In this document: positions 1 to 8,950 of the stretch, piece by piece
Position numbering within the stretch: the first letter of the stretch is position 1
Layout of the letters: every line of letters starts with the position of its first letter
Source of the DNA: Candidatus Multivoradales bacterium
GTDB taxonomy: Bacteria > Acidobacteriota > Thermoanaerobaculia > Multivoradales > J023
Length of the DNA stretch: 64,000 bases
Direction of reading: 5' to 3'
Assembly: GCA_965248925.1 (NCBI GenBank)
Contig: CBDFLE010000006.1
Span: 480,001 to 544,000 of the forward strand
The notes under the pieces: model-generated
Seen by the model: the letters and a program-made list of their open reading frames with translations, nothing else
Told to the model about the DNA's origin: nothing
Database searches by the model: none
Translations under genes and position numbers: made by a program

Positions 1-720
1 CAGCCGCGCCTCCTCCTCGAAGGTCGGGCTGGCGATCGGCAGCGGCAGCTTCAGCCGTCGCGCCGCGGTCGGCCGTTCGATGTAGCTCAGCCGCAAGTAG
101 CGCACGATCTCCTCGGACTCCTCGACAAACCTGGCACCGTCGACCGGCACTCCAGCCGCCGCGCCCAGCCCCGGGCTACCTAGAGAGTCATAGAGTTCGA
201 GCCAGCAGAGGCCGAGGCGAACGAACGCCTGATGGTCGCTGAGCCGGATCTCACGCTCGAAAGCGCTCCACAGCTGACGCGCCTCGTCGAGTTCGGCGGC
301 GACCAAGTCGCGGTCCGTCAATGCCCCTCGGGCACGCTCCAAGTGGTGAGACAGCAGGCTGGCAACCGCCCGCGTAGAAGCTTCGAAGATCTCCGCCGCC
401 GCCTGCTGGCGCGCGCCAGATCCGGCCTCGCGCCCCCGCGTCACGGCCCGCTGAACCGCCGCCTCGAAGACCTTCGCCTGGTCCTCGGCAACTCTCCCTA
501 GAGCCTTAGCGATCACTTGGGTATCAGCAATCACAAGGTCCCAAAGAACCGGATTGAGGGCCAGCACGAAGCCGTTACGCCGGTAGCTTTCCGCCACCGG
601 ATGGAGCTGCTCCGGCGGCACGATATGGGCCACCGCGGAACTCGCCACGAGCCAGCAAGCCAGGGTAACCAGCAGCCGCGAGCCCGCGGACTTTCGCGAG
701 TGTCTGTGAGTTTGATTCAT
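1..720 (-). CDS. Secreted/periplasmic protein, 5' part (runs off the window edge)
   Basis: Manually translated open frame from ATG 720 (AGGTG SD upstream): MNQTHRHSRKSAGSRLLVTLACWLVASSAVA|HIVPPEQLHPVAESYRR..., no stop to position 1; signal peptide ending in AVA. Confidence 0.75.
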   Translation of the reverse strand, partial: MNQTHRHSRKSAGSRLLVTLACWLVASSAVAHIVPPEQLHPVAESYRRNGFVLALNPVLWDLVIADTQVIAKALGRVAEDQAKVFEAAVQRAVTRGREAGSGARQQAAAEIFEASTRAVASLLSHHLERARGALTDRDLVAAELDEARQLWSAFEREIRLSDHQAFVRLGLCWLELYDSLGSPGLGAAAGVPVDGARFVEESEEIVRYLRLSYIERPTAARRLKLPLPIASPTFEEEARL

Positions 721-1083
721 GGGCTTCACCTATGGCGCCTGACGAGCAGGCAAAGTTTTATTTTTGACTAATCGAAATTATAGGATCACCCAGCCCTAAA
801 AGTCAAGGCTTTGGAGTGAGATATGCCTCCCAAAAACTCCGTCCACCCATGAAATCAACTACTTGCAGGCGGCCACTAATTTTCGTCTCGGTGCAGATGA
901 GGCCATGAACCAGGCATGCTTCGGTCGGTTCCCCACGCCCGCGCGCCGCCTGAGCGGTGGATCTTCCAGGACAGCTAGCAGGCTTGCCGACCGGGAGTCG
1001 GCTACTGCCCTCGTGCTCACCTTGACCGCACTCAGCCAACCGGAAGGGCGTCCAGGTCGCGCGGATAGACTTCTAGGGAGGCA

Positions 1084-1161
1084 CAGCGGCATCAACTCAC
1101 CCAGAGCGGCTTGATCCCCCTCGCCCCAAGCGACTAGCAGCGCGCTGAGATCTTTGTCCAT
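1084..1161 (-). pseudogene. N-terminal remnant of an ECF-type sigma factor
   Basis: MDKDLSALLVAWGEGDQAALGELMPL resembles the N-terminus of the intact ECF at 37362-37970 (ITGILQAWSRGEDGALDALI); similarity is then lost. Confidence 0.6.
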
Positions 1162-1257
1162 CTCAGTTCCCGGTGGCTCTTGCCCAAAAACACCGAGCTG
1201 ACCGGCGCTCCTCTGCCGCCAGCAATGGGCTCAGAAGGAACGACCGGGGCCTTCAAC

Positions 1258-2760
1258 TCAGCGGCATAGTTCGCCCACCGGCGTCGCCTGATAGCCAACG
1301 CTGAATCTGCCCTCGGCGCTGAGCAGCGTTAGCACCTGGCTTTGGATCGGCTCAATCACCGGCACGCCGATGATCGGGTTGAAGAACTGCGCACTGACTT
1401 CTATCAACCCCGCCTGCTGATCGATGTTCAGGGCTGGATCGTCGATCGGCAAGCGAAACACACAGGCTGCCAGTCCCTGCAAGAAGTCGTAGTTCGGTAG
1501 GTGGCCCTCTTCGTCAGTGGCCCTGAAGTTCAAGTTATTGGAGGGAAAAGGCACCTCGCCGCAGGTCAGTCCGCCATTGCCAAAACAATCCATCCAGACC
1601 AGGAGTTCAGCGCCGCCGGCAAAAGCACCGCCGTTTAGGAAACGACTCTGATAAGTGCTGGGCAACGCTGAACGTGCACTGTAGAGGTTCTTGTAAAACG
1701 ACTGTGCGTTGGCTGGCGCTTCATTGTCGCCCGCCGGCCCGGCGGCCAAGACGATGGCCTCGAAGCCCGAGGCCGATTCTTGACTTGGATCAACCAACAG
1801 AAAATCGCCCCACAGAGCATTGGCGTTTCTGGCCACGCCCGCACCCTCGGCGGCAAAGTAGCCCACTTCGATCGGATAGAGGACTTCCGACGAGCAGTCG
1901 TTCAGCACATCGACGGTCATGAATCCCACCGCGGTGGCTGATTCACCGCGATCGGCCGCGTAACACAGACCATCGTCGAGATCGGGCTGGCCGGTAAGGC
2001 GCGCATGCAAGCGAGCGAGTTCGTCCCCGCCCAGCACGGGGAGAGTCAGCGGGGCCGTGCAGACTGGGAAATTGAGTAGTGAAAGCTCGGCGCCGGTCTG
2101 CGGCAGCTGGCCACGAACCAGTACGTCGTATAGATTGATCGGCACTACATCGTGGCCCTCGAGATAGAGATCGAACGCCAGCAAAGGCCGTCCCCAATCG
2201 CTCCAGATCACCGCTCGGGCCAAAGTCGGCTCGGCTGAAGCGTTGATCACCGAGACCAGAGTGGTGAGCTGACTCGGGTGGTCGAGGTCAACCTCGAGAA
2301 AGGGAAAGAGCAGGGTCGCCCCAGCGCTGCGCCCAACCCTACAGCCGGGTCCCTCGACGTCGAGATCGATGGTGCCCCCCAACTCCGCCGGGCCACCGGG
2401 TTCGAAGTAGAAGATCTCAATGGTGTTGGTTCCAGCCGGCAAGCGGCCGAGGGGAATATCGAGAGTGTAGTCCGCAGTGCCTGATTGTCCATGATCCGGT
2501 GCCTCGAGGAAAACCTGCGTCGCCGCGCCGGCTTGGTGTAGATAGAGGAAACTTGGCCCAGAGTTGAAGAGGTGGCAAATGCCGCTCACCCGCAGAATCA
2601 CGTCGCTAGCGCTGTTCGGCTCGGCCAAGACCCGAGTTTCGGCCTCGTCGACCGTGCAGGGGACCGCGCCGATCACCGGCGTGGCAACAACATATAAGAT
2701 GGCGACGGCGACCCATCTATGCATCAAAGGTAGGCGCAGCGGCTGTCGAAAAATCTTCAT
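1258..2760 (-). CDS. Secreted hypothetical protein (500 aa)
   Basis: GAGG SD, signal peptide, long ORF with ATLLFPFLEVDL...TTLVSVINAS...WSDWG segment. Confidence 0.8.
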   Translation of the reverse strand: MKIFRQPLRLPLMHRWVAVAILYVVATPVIGAVPCTVDEAETRVLAEPNSASDVILRVSGICHLFNSGPSFLYLHQAGAATQVFLEAPDHGQSGTADYTLDIPLGRLPAGTNTIEIFYFEPGGPAELGGTIDLDVEGPGCRVGRSAGATLLFPFLEVDLDHPSQLTTLVSVINASAEPTLARAVIWSDWGRPLLAFDLYLEGHDVVPINLYDVLVRGQLPQTGAELSLLNFPVCTAPLTLPVLGGDELARLHARLTGQPDLDDGLCYAADRGESATAVGFMTVDVLNDCSSEVLYPIEVGYFAAEGAGVARNANALWGDFLLVDPSQESASGFEAIVLAAGPAGDNEAPANAQSFYKNLYSARSALPSTYQSRFLNGGAFAGGAELLVWMDCFGNGGLTCGEVPFPSNNLNFRATDEEGHLPNYDFLQGLAACVFRLPIDDPALNIDQQAGLIEVSAQFFNPIIGVPVIEPIQSQVLTLLSAEGRFSVGYQATPVGELCR

Positions 2761-2846
2761 CGCGGTGTCCTCACAAGTGGGTTGATATCTCAGATAGATG
2801 CTACCGTAGCATTTACAGCCCCCTTTGAGAACCCCGCCTCCTCAGC

Positions 2847-3283
2847 TCACCTCGTGCCGTCGGCCCGCAGGCTGGTTTCGGCCCGGGCCACGATCTCGCA
2901 GATCTCGCGGATCAAATCGAGAGTGGCGAACATCTCCTGACAGCGCCCGCAGAGATCCTCGGACGGTACCTTGAACGGCACCCCCCGATCGAGAGACTCC
3001 TGCTTCGCTTGCAGCAGATCCAGGCAGAGCTGGCGCGAGTGGTCCGCAGCCGGGACATCCTGCGTCGGCGAGTCGCGAGCGAACTCGCGGCGCAGTAACA
3101 AGCGGCCGCGATGCACCCGCGTCTTGACCGTGGCGGGCCGCAGGCCGAGGATCGCAGCCACTTTGGCGATCGGCAACTCGACAATCTCTTTCAACACCAG
3201 AGGCATGCGGAAATGCAACGGCAACTTGGCGATACCCCGCTCGACGGCTTGCTGAGTGTCACGCCGTAGCTGGGAATCCATCG
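2847..3283 (-). pseudogene. 5'-truncated ECF sigma factor (region 4 plus Cys-containing C-terminal extension)
   Basis: IAKLPLHFRMPLVLKEIVELPIAKVAAILGLRPATVKTRVHRGR is a sigma-4 HTH; no region 2 upstream; CGRC in tail. Confidence 0.65.
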
Positions 3284-3432
3284 CAAGAAAGCTCGGTGAG
3301 GGAAACGCGGAGGACCGGCCTCGCCGGGCAACATGATATTCAACGACCCTAAAATCGTAAACCCCGGCCAAGCTGATCCGCCCGCCCCGGATCTTCGTCC
3401 CCGCCGCTAGCGGCGAGATAGAGTGCCGGGCC

Positions 3433-4296
3433 ATGACCGATCCATCAGCCGCCATCACCGCTCTCGACGGCCATCCGCTGGCCTCCACCCTTTTTGAACC
3501 AACGACCGGCAACTGCCGAGCAACCTTGGTGATCGCCAGCGCGACCGGCGTGCGCCGGAGTTACTACCGGCCGTTCGCCGAATTCCTGACCGGCCACGGC
3601 CTGCGGGTGATCACCTTCGACTATCGCGGCATCGGCGGCTCGGCGCCTCCCAGCCTGCGGGGCTTCGAGGCCAGCATGGCAGATTGGGCCCAGCAAGACA
3701 CCGACGGCGTGTTGGCCATGGCACAACAGCGTTGGCCCGAGCAGCCCCTGCTGTATGTGGGCCACAGTTTCGGCGGCCAGGCTCTCGGCCTGCTGCGCCA
3801 TGCAGGCTGCCTACGCGGTGCGGTCCTGGTGGCTTCACAGAGCGGCTACTGGCGCCATTGGAGTGGCCTGGCGCGGCTGCGCATGTTGGCGCTCTGGTAC
3901 GTCGTGATCCCGCTGCTGACCACGGTCTTCGGCTACCTTCCAGCCCGCCGCCTGGGCCTGGGCGAAGACCAACCACGGGGAGTCGCCCGCCAGTGGGCCT
4001 GCTGGGGCCGCCATCGCGATTACATCTTGAGCGCCGATAGTGAGACTCGCCAACGCTTCGCTGAGCTTACCCTACCGATTCGCGCCTACAGCCTGGCCGA
4101 CGACAGCTTCGCTCCCCGGCCAGCGGTCACGGCACTGCTCGCCGCCTTCCGCAATGCTGAGATGGATCACCGCCATCTCGAACCTGGGGCGGTCAGACAG
4201 CAGCGAATCGGCCACTTCGGCTTCTTCCGGGAGCCCCTGCGCGATACGCTGTGGGGAGACGTTGCCAACTGGTTGCTGCGTCGTGTTGGTGGGTAG
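3433..4296 (+). CDS. Alpha/beta hydrolase
   Basis: FDYRGIG, GHSFGG nucleophile elbow, DD...GHFGFF catalytic Asp/His. Confidence 0.9.
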   Translation: MTDPSAAITALDGHPLASTLFEPTTGNCRATLVIASATGVRRSYYRPFAEFLTGHGLRVITFDYRGIGGSAPPSLRGFEASMADWAQQDTDGVLAMAQQRWPEQPLLYVGHSFGGQALGLLRHAGCLRGAVLVASQSGYWRHWSGLARLRMLALWYVVIPLLTTVFGYLPARRLGLGEDQPRGVARQWACWGRHRDYILSADSETRQRFAELTLPIRAYSLADDSFAPRPAVTALLAAFRNAEMDHRHLEPGAVRQQRIGHFGFFREPLRDTLWGDVANWLLRRVGG

Positions 4297-4831
4297 CTCC
4301 CAGTAGTCGGCCAGCCTTCAGAGCAGACCCCAAAACTACAAAGCTGTGGCGCCTCGGCAGGACACAGATGGCCTTGAATGCGGTGTCGAGGTCGCCACTC
4401 AGCTGACCACGGTTGAAAGCTGATCCCAGCGTAAACCGCTGATAACAAGCAGGTACGGGTTGGGTGGCACCTTCTCGGGCGGGTCTGTGTCGTGCATGGC
4501 CAAGCCTCCTGTTTTGAGTGACTTCGGCAGGCTGTTGCCCGTCCGGTGGTCTAGGAGTAAGGCGTGGCACGTCGGATGGTCAACCAGGATCGCGCGGAAA
4601 GCTGCGCGAAATCTTGGGATTCTTGGAAGTCCTCGGGATGGCCAACCGATAGCCGTGGGGAGTGGCTGAGTTGAGCCAACTGCAAGGCCAGCCAGAGGCC
4701 CCAGAATGCCCTCAGAGGGCCGATCTCCGGTCCTCGGCAGCACCACCGACTCGGCGAGATCATGCCTTGAAAGGCCAGTTCAAAGTCGGAGCCAAAGAGG
4801 GGCGGAAACGGTTGGGTGGTACCATCAGGCA

Positions 4832-5080
4832 ATGAGCGAAGGAACATCACAGATCCTCAGCCACGCCTTGAAACTCTCGACGGGCGAGCGGGCAGAACTC
4901 GCGGCAGAACTTCTCGCGAGCCTAGATGGTGAACCCGACGGCAAGATCGAGTCCGCCTGGGCAGCCGAGATCGAGAGCCGTGCAGCTCGTGTCAGGTCCG
5001 GTAAGGCACAAGCCCGACCCTGGAACGAGATTCGCGCTCGGTTTGGTACTGTCAGGTTGAGCCCCGGCGTGCCAGAGTAG
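4832..5080 (+). CDS. Addiction-module antitoxin, 3' end cut by IS6; cognate toxin absent
   Basis: ALKLSTGERAELAAELLASLD...AWAAEIESR...PWNEI pattern; IS6 left IR starts at 5045 inside the last codons. Confidence 0.75.
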   Translation: MSEGTSQILSHALKLSTGERAELAAELLASLDGEPDGKIESAWAAEIESRAARVRSGKAQARPWNEIRARFGTVRLSPGVPE

Positions 5081-5848
5081 GCCCATGAATGAGCCTGCTC
5101 CCAGCTACCGAGGCTACCGTTTTCCGCCCGAGATCATCATCCACGCCGTTTGGCTCTACTACCGCTTCTGCCTGAGCTTCCGCGACGTCGAAGATCTACT
5201 CGCTGAACGTGGCGTCATTGTATCCTACGAGACGATTCGCCAGTGGTGCATGAAGTTTGGCGGCGAGTATGCTCGGCGGCTGAAGCGGAAGCAGGGGCGG
5301 TTCGGTGATTTCTAGTACCTTGACGAAGTGTTCATAAAGATCCAAGGTAAACGGCAGTACCTATGGCGAGCGGTAGATCAGGACGGAAACACTATCGACA
5401 TCTTGGTCCAGTCTCGCCGGGACAGCCGTGCCGCTAAGCGCTTCTTTTGTAAGCTCTTGAAGGGTCAAGGTCGGGAACCGAATCGCTTGGTCACTGACAA
5501 ACTCGGAAGCTACGGGGTCGCTCACCGAGAGCTGCTTTCGTCTGTCCCACATGTGACCCAACGCTGGGTGAACAATCGAGCCGAGGTTTCGCATGAAGCC
5601 GTCCGGTTTCGAGAACGACAGATGAGGAGATTCAAGACGCCTGGGCACTGCCAGAGATTTCTCTCTGTCCACAGCGTAGTTGGGAATCTGTTCCGGGTCG
5701 GTCGTCAGAAGGTCAGTGCAAAGAATTTCAGGCTCCAGCGGGATCGGGCGTTCGGGACCTGGCAGCAGGTGAGCTGCGCCTGACTAGGGCCGGCATAGCT
5801 CGTTCTGGCGGCCAGACTCGCGTTGACCTCGGGTAAGTTGGCAATACC
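5045..5848 (+). mobile_element. IS6-family insertion sequence (inactive)
   Basis: Imperfect terminal IRs GGTACTGTCAGGTT (5045) / AAGTTGGCAATACC (ends 5848) around an IS6 transposase. Confidence 0.8.
5085..5783 (+). pseudogene. IS6-family transposase with an in-frame stop
   Basis: YRGYRFPPEII...SFRDVEDLLAERG, YLWRAVDQDG, LVTDKL, NNRAE motifs; TAG at 5313-5315 where a Trp is expected before YLDEV. Confidence 0.9.
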
Positions 5849-6109
5849 ATTACGAGGCTCTGTCAATCTATCGTTTTCGTGGACACCGGTGTGCTTCCCA
5901 GGGACGGGAACCTCTTTACGGATGTCGAGCAAGTGCTTCATGCCGAGCTAAGGCGCCTTGGCTACTGAAGCGATGACCAAGCGTGAATTGTCACCTGAGC
6001 GCGGTGCCCAGCAATGCACGATCAAGCCGTGATTCGCGAACCCGACGGCCCAGCAGAGTTCGAAATTGGGCTCAAAAAACCACGGGGCTTTGATGAAGCC
6101 GAACGAGCC

Positions 6110-6409
6110 TCACCGTCGCTGTTTCCAGTGACGAGGATCACGAGATAAGTGGCTGATCGACAGAACCCGAATCCGATACCGCTCGATCCGATAGAAGACC
6201 CCGTACGGGAACCGACCGACAGTCGCCCTCCGGACGTCACGATAAATCGCCTGGACAAGACGGGGATTGCCGGCGACCGCTTCGAGCGTACCTTCCACGG
6301 CGTCGATGAATCGACGACCGAGACCTGTTCGCTGCTGCTCGTACCACCCGGAGGCTTCGATAAATTCGTCACGAGCCTCGTCGAGGAGGATCGGCGGCAA
6401 CCGGGTCAT
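6110..6409 (-). CDS. ParE/RelE-family toxin
   Basis: EARDEFIEASGWYEQQRTGLGRRF...RFPYGVFYRI...RDPRHWKQR; start overlaps the antitoxin stop (ATGA). Confidence 0.9.
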   Translation of the reverse strand: MTRLPPILLDEARDEFIEASGWYEQQRTGLGRRFIDAVEGTLEAVAGNPRLVQAIYRDVRRATVGRFPYGVFYRIERYRIRVLSISHLSRDPRHWKQRR

Positions 6410-6627
6410 AGAGCCTTTAGAGCCTGCTTCTTGACCTCCGGCCATGGAGTCCCAGCCTCGGGGTTGAAATCGGCCACAGCAATTCTCTCGTCCAGGAGAT
6501 TTCGCTGCCACTCAGGCAGTGGCGGCTCGACGGATTCGCCCAAGCTCTCCCAGATTGCCTCTACGACTTCAAGCTGATCCTCGACCGGTAGCTCAAGAAT
6601 CTCTTCCTGGAGTTGTGCCTTCGTCAT
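6406..6627 (-). CDS. Addiction-module antitoxin
   Basis: ILELPVEDQLEVVEAIWESL...LPEWQRNLLDER...PWPEVK. Confidence 0.9.
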   Translation of the reverse strand: MTKAQLQEEILELPVEDQLEVVEAIWESLGESVEPPLPEWQRNLLDERIAVADFNPEAGTPWPEVKKQALKAL

Positions 6628-6666
6628 GGTACGCCCAGTCTAACCTACTCATCATCGAGGATCTCG

Positions 6667-7020
6667 TCATTGTCCGGAGAACTCCACCCCCCGCCGCTCC
6701 CACCTCTTCCCCATTGCCAGCTCAAACACCCGAGAAAACGCCCCCGGCTGCGCCAGTCCCTCCTGACTCGCCTCCCTCTCCCACGCCGGCACAGCCCCGA
6801 ACGCCCGACTCACCGCCACCATCGCCAGAACGAGCCCAAGGTCAACGCAGACATCCAACGCACAGAGATCGCAGATCGGCTCATCATCCCGATAGGCCAC
6901 CGGCCCGACCCCCGTCGGGCACTCACAGATCGCACACGGCACCCCGGGTTTCTCGGCAACGCGAATGCTGTAGCGGTGATCAACGGCAGGGCTCTCACTC
7001 GACTTCGACTTGGCAACCAT
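6667..7020 (-). CDS. Small hypothetical protein with two CxxC motifs
   Basis: GAGAGGAGAG SD before ATG (MVAKSKS...); CAIC and CDLC. Confidence 0.55.
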   Translation of the reverse strand: MVAKSKSSESPAVDHRYSIRVAEKPGVPCAICECPTGVGPVAYRDDEPICDLCALDVCVDLGLVLAMVAVSRAFGAVPAWEREASQEGLAQPGAFSRVFELAMGKRWERRGVEFSGQ

Positions 7021-7340
7021 GATGCTCTCTCCTCTCGGTCTGTCTAACCAGCCCAGGCCGCCAACTGGCAACCAGTCCGGTCTGTTGCAGGGAGCCACAC
7101 CAGGGCTCACCAGCTTTCAGAATTGGGAGGAGTAAGTACCTCGGGATCGCCGAGGAAGTCAACGGAGGGGCTGACCTACTGATTCCCAGACCCAACCGGC
7201 CCGGAATCCGACGTCAGGCTATTTCAGGGAGGTGCATCAAGTTGCGGTCGCAGAGGACCCAATATGGACCCAAGTAGCCGTTTTGGGTCATATTACGGAT
7301 TGAGGTAAAATCCGTAAACTCTGATTCTAAAGAGGAAATC

Positions 7341-7388
7341 TGGAGCCGATGAGCGGATTTGAACCGCTGACCTGCTGATTACGAATCA
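7341..7388 (-). repeat. att site: duplicated 3' 48 bp of tRNA-Thr(CGT)
   Basis: TGGAGCCGATGAGCGGATTTGAACCGCTGACCTGCTGATTACGAATCA is identical to 53696-53743. Confidence 0.97.
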
Positions 7389-7495
7389 CAGATTCGATGT
7401 TTCGTCACAGCACTACATGTCGCCTTAAGTGTTGCGATTCAAACAGTTAACTGGCATACTTCGTCTCATGGATTGCGACCAAATACCCCTGAGTT

Positions 7496-7525
7496 TGGTT
7501 ACTTCTGGTTACTCAGTGGTTACTT
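7496..7525 (+). promoter_or_regulatory. Putative integrase arm-type sites (3x TGGTTACT)
   Basis: TGGTTACT at 7496, 7506, 7517; the 20-mer TGGTTACTCAGTGGTTACTT recurs at 53628-53647. Confidence 0.75.
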
Positions 7526-7541
7526 GACGGAGAGGTCTGGC

Positions 7542-8705
7542 ATGAGGCTCACCAAGCGCGGGATCGACGCTGCTGACTACGAGGGCGGGACCGACTACCG
7601 CTGGGATGATGTTGTCTCTGGATTCGGGATGCGGCTCTACCCGAGTGGCAAGAAGGCTTTCGTGGTGGCCTATCGGGTGCTCGGTCGCAAGCGGATCATG
7701 GTGCTTGGTCGCTATGGAGTGCTGACGCTCGATCAGGCGAGAACGCGGGCGCGCAAGGTGCTGGCGCAAGCTTCCGAGGGTCTGGACCCGAGCAGAGACC
7801 GCCAGGCTCTCCTCAAGGCGCCAACGGTGGTCGATCTCGCCACCCGCTTCCTGGCCGATCATGGCCCGAAGAAGAAGGCGAGCAGCATCAGGAATGATCA
7901 GCGGATGTGGAAGCAGAACATTCTTCCCCGCCTTGGTCAGCGGAAGGTCGTCGATGTCACGCGGTCGGATATCGACCGTCTGCACTCTCAGATGCGGAAG
8001 ACCCCTTACGCCGCCAACCGGGTCCTCGCGCTCCTCTCCAAGGCTTTCAATCTCGCCGAGGTCTGGGGCTGGCGGCCAGCTCCCTCGAACCCCTGTCGTC
8101 ACGTCAAGCCGTACAAAGAAGAGAAGCGGGAGCGGTACCTCAGCCCGGCCGAGATCTCCCGGCTCGGTGTCGTTCTCGAAGAAGTCGAGCACGAGCGGGT
8201 CGAACTCCCCGGCGTGGCCACCGCCATCCGTCTCCTCCTCCTCACCGGCTGTCGTCTGAACGAGATCCTCTCGCTTCGGTGGCAGGATGTGGACTTCGAG
8301 AGTGGCTGCCTTCGTCTCGCCGACAGCAAGACCGGGAAGCGCCTGGTGCTTCTCAGTGGCGGAGCCCTGGAGCTGCTCGCGGCCACAGAGCGAGTCGAAG
8401 GGAACCCCTACGTCGTTCCGGGGAAACGAGAGGGCCAGCACCTGGTCAATCTCTCCAAGCCCTGGCGGCGTATCCGCGAGCGGGCTGGCTTCGACGATGT
8501 GAGGCTCCATGATCTGCGGCACACCTTCGGGAGCTTCGGCGCCGGCGCCGGCCTCTCTCTGCCGCTCATCGGCAAGATGCTCGGGCACAGCCAGCCGGCG
8601 ACCACGGCTCGATACGCTCACCTGGCGAACGATCCTCTTCGCCGGGCGGTGGAACTCGTTGGTTCTGAGATCTCCACGGCACTGACCGGCGACTTGCCGG
8701 AATAG
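7542..8705 (+). CDS. Tyrosine integrase (P4-like, N-terminal arm-binding domain)
   Basis: WDDVVSGFGMR arm-binding domain; TGCR, HDLRH, LGHS, TARY catalytic residues; next to att. Confidence 0.95.
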   Translation: MRLTKRGIDAADYEGGTDYRWDDVVSGFGMRLYPSGKKAFVVAYRVLGRKRIMVLGRYGVLTLDQARTRARKVLAQASEGLDPSRDRQALLKAPTVVDLATRFLADHGPKKKASSIRNDQRMWKQNILPRLGQRKVVDVTRSDIDRLHSQMRKTPYAANRVLALLSKAFNLAEVWGWRPAPSNPCRHVKPYKEEKRERYLSPAEISRLGVVLEEVEHERVELPGVATAIRLLLLTGCRLNEILSLRWQDVDFESGCLRLADSKTGKRLVLLSGGALELLAATERVEGNPYVVPGKREGQHLVNLSKPWRRIRERAGFDDVRLHDLRHTFGSFGAGAGLSLPLIGKMLGHSQPATTARYAHLANDPLRRAVELVGSEISTALTGDLPE

Positions 8706-8950
8706 CCGCCTCTCTTCAAAGCCGCCGGCTCTTCCTCCCCACTTTCCGATAGCGCTCAAGCTGAGCCACTTCTTCTTCAAAACTCGCCTTCGTAGATCAG
8801 CAGGTCGATTCTTCGCTTTCGGAGTCTCGATCGAACGTCCTCGGCCTGCCAAGAAGTCCGAGTTGTGGGATGTCCCCGCACTTCATTCAGTCTTTGATTT
8901 CTGGGGCAAACTCCAGCTGAGACCAGCCAAGATTGCCGAAGGGAGAATCC

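Noticed and set aside
5313-5315. TAG in the IS6 transposase as stop-codon recoding
   Set aside because: Single TGG-to-TAG-type change; TAG ends other genes normally in this window
7509-8852. Long antisense ORFs (also 14763-15767, 38802-39899, 41689-42654, 47900-49066, 57111-58046)
   Set aside because: Shadow frames of well-supported genes in GC-rich DNA, with no recognisable motifs
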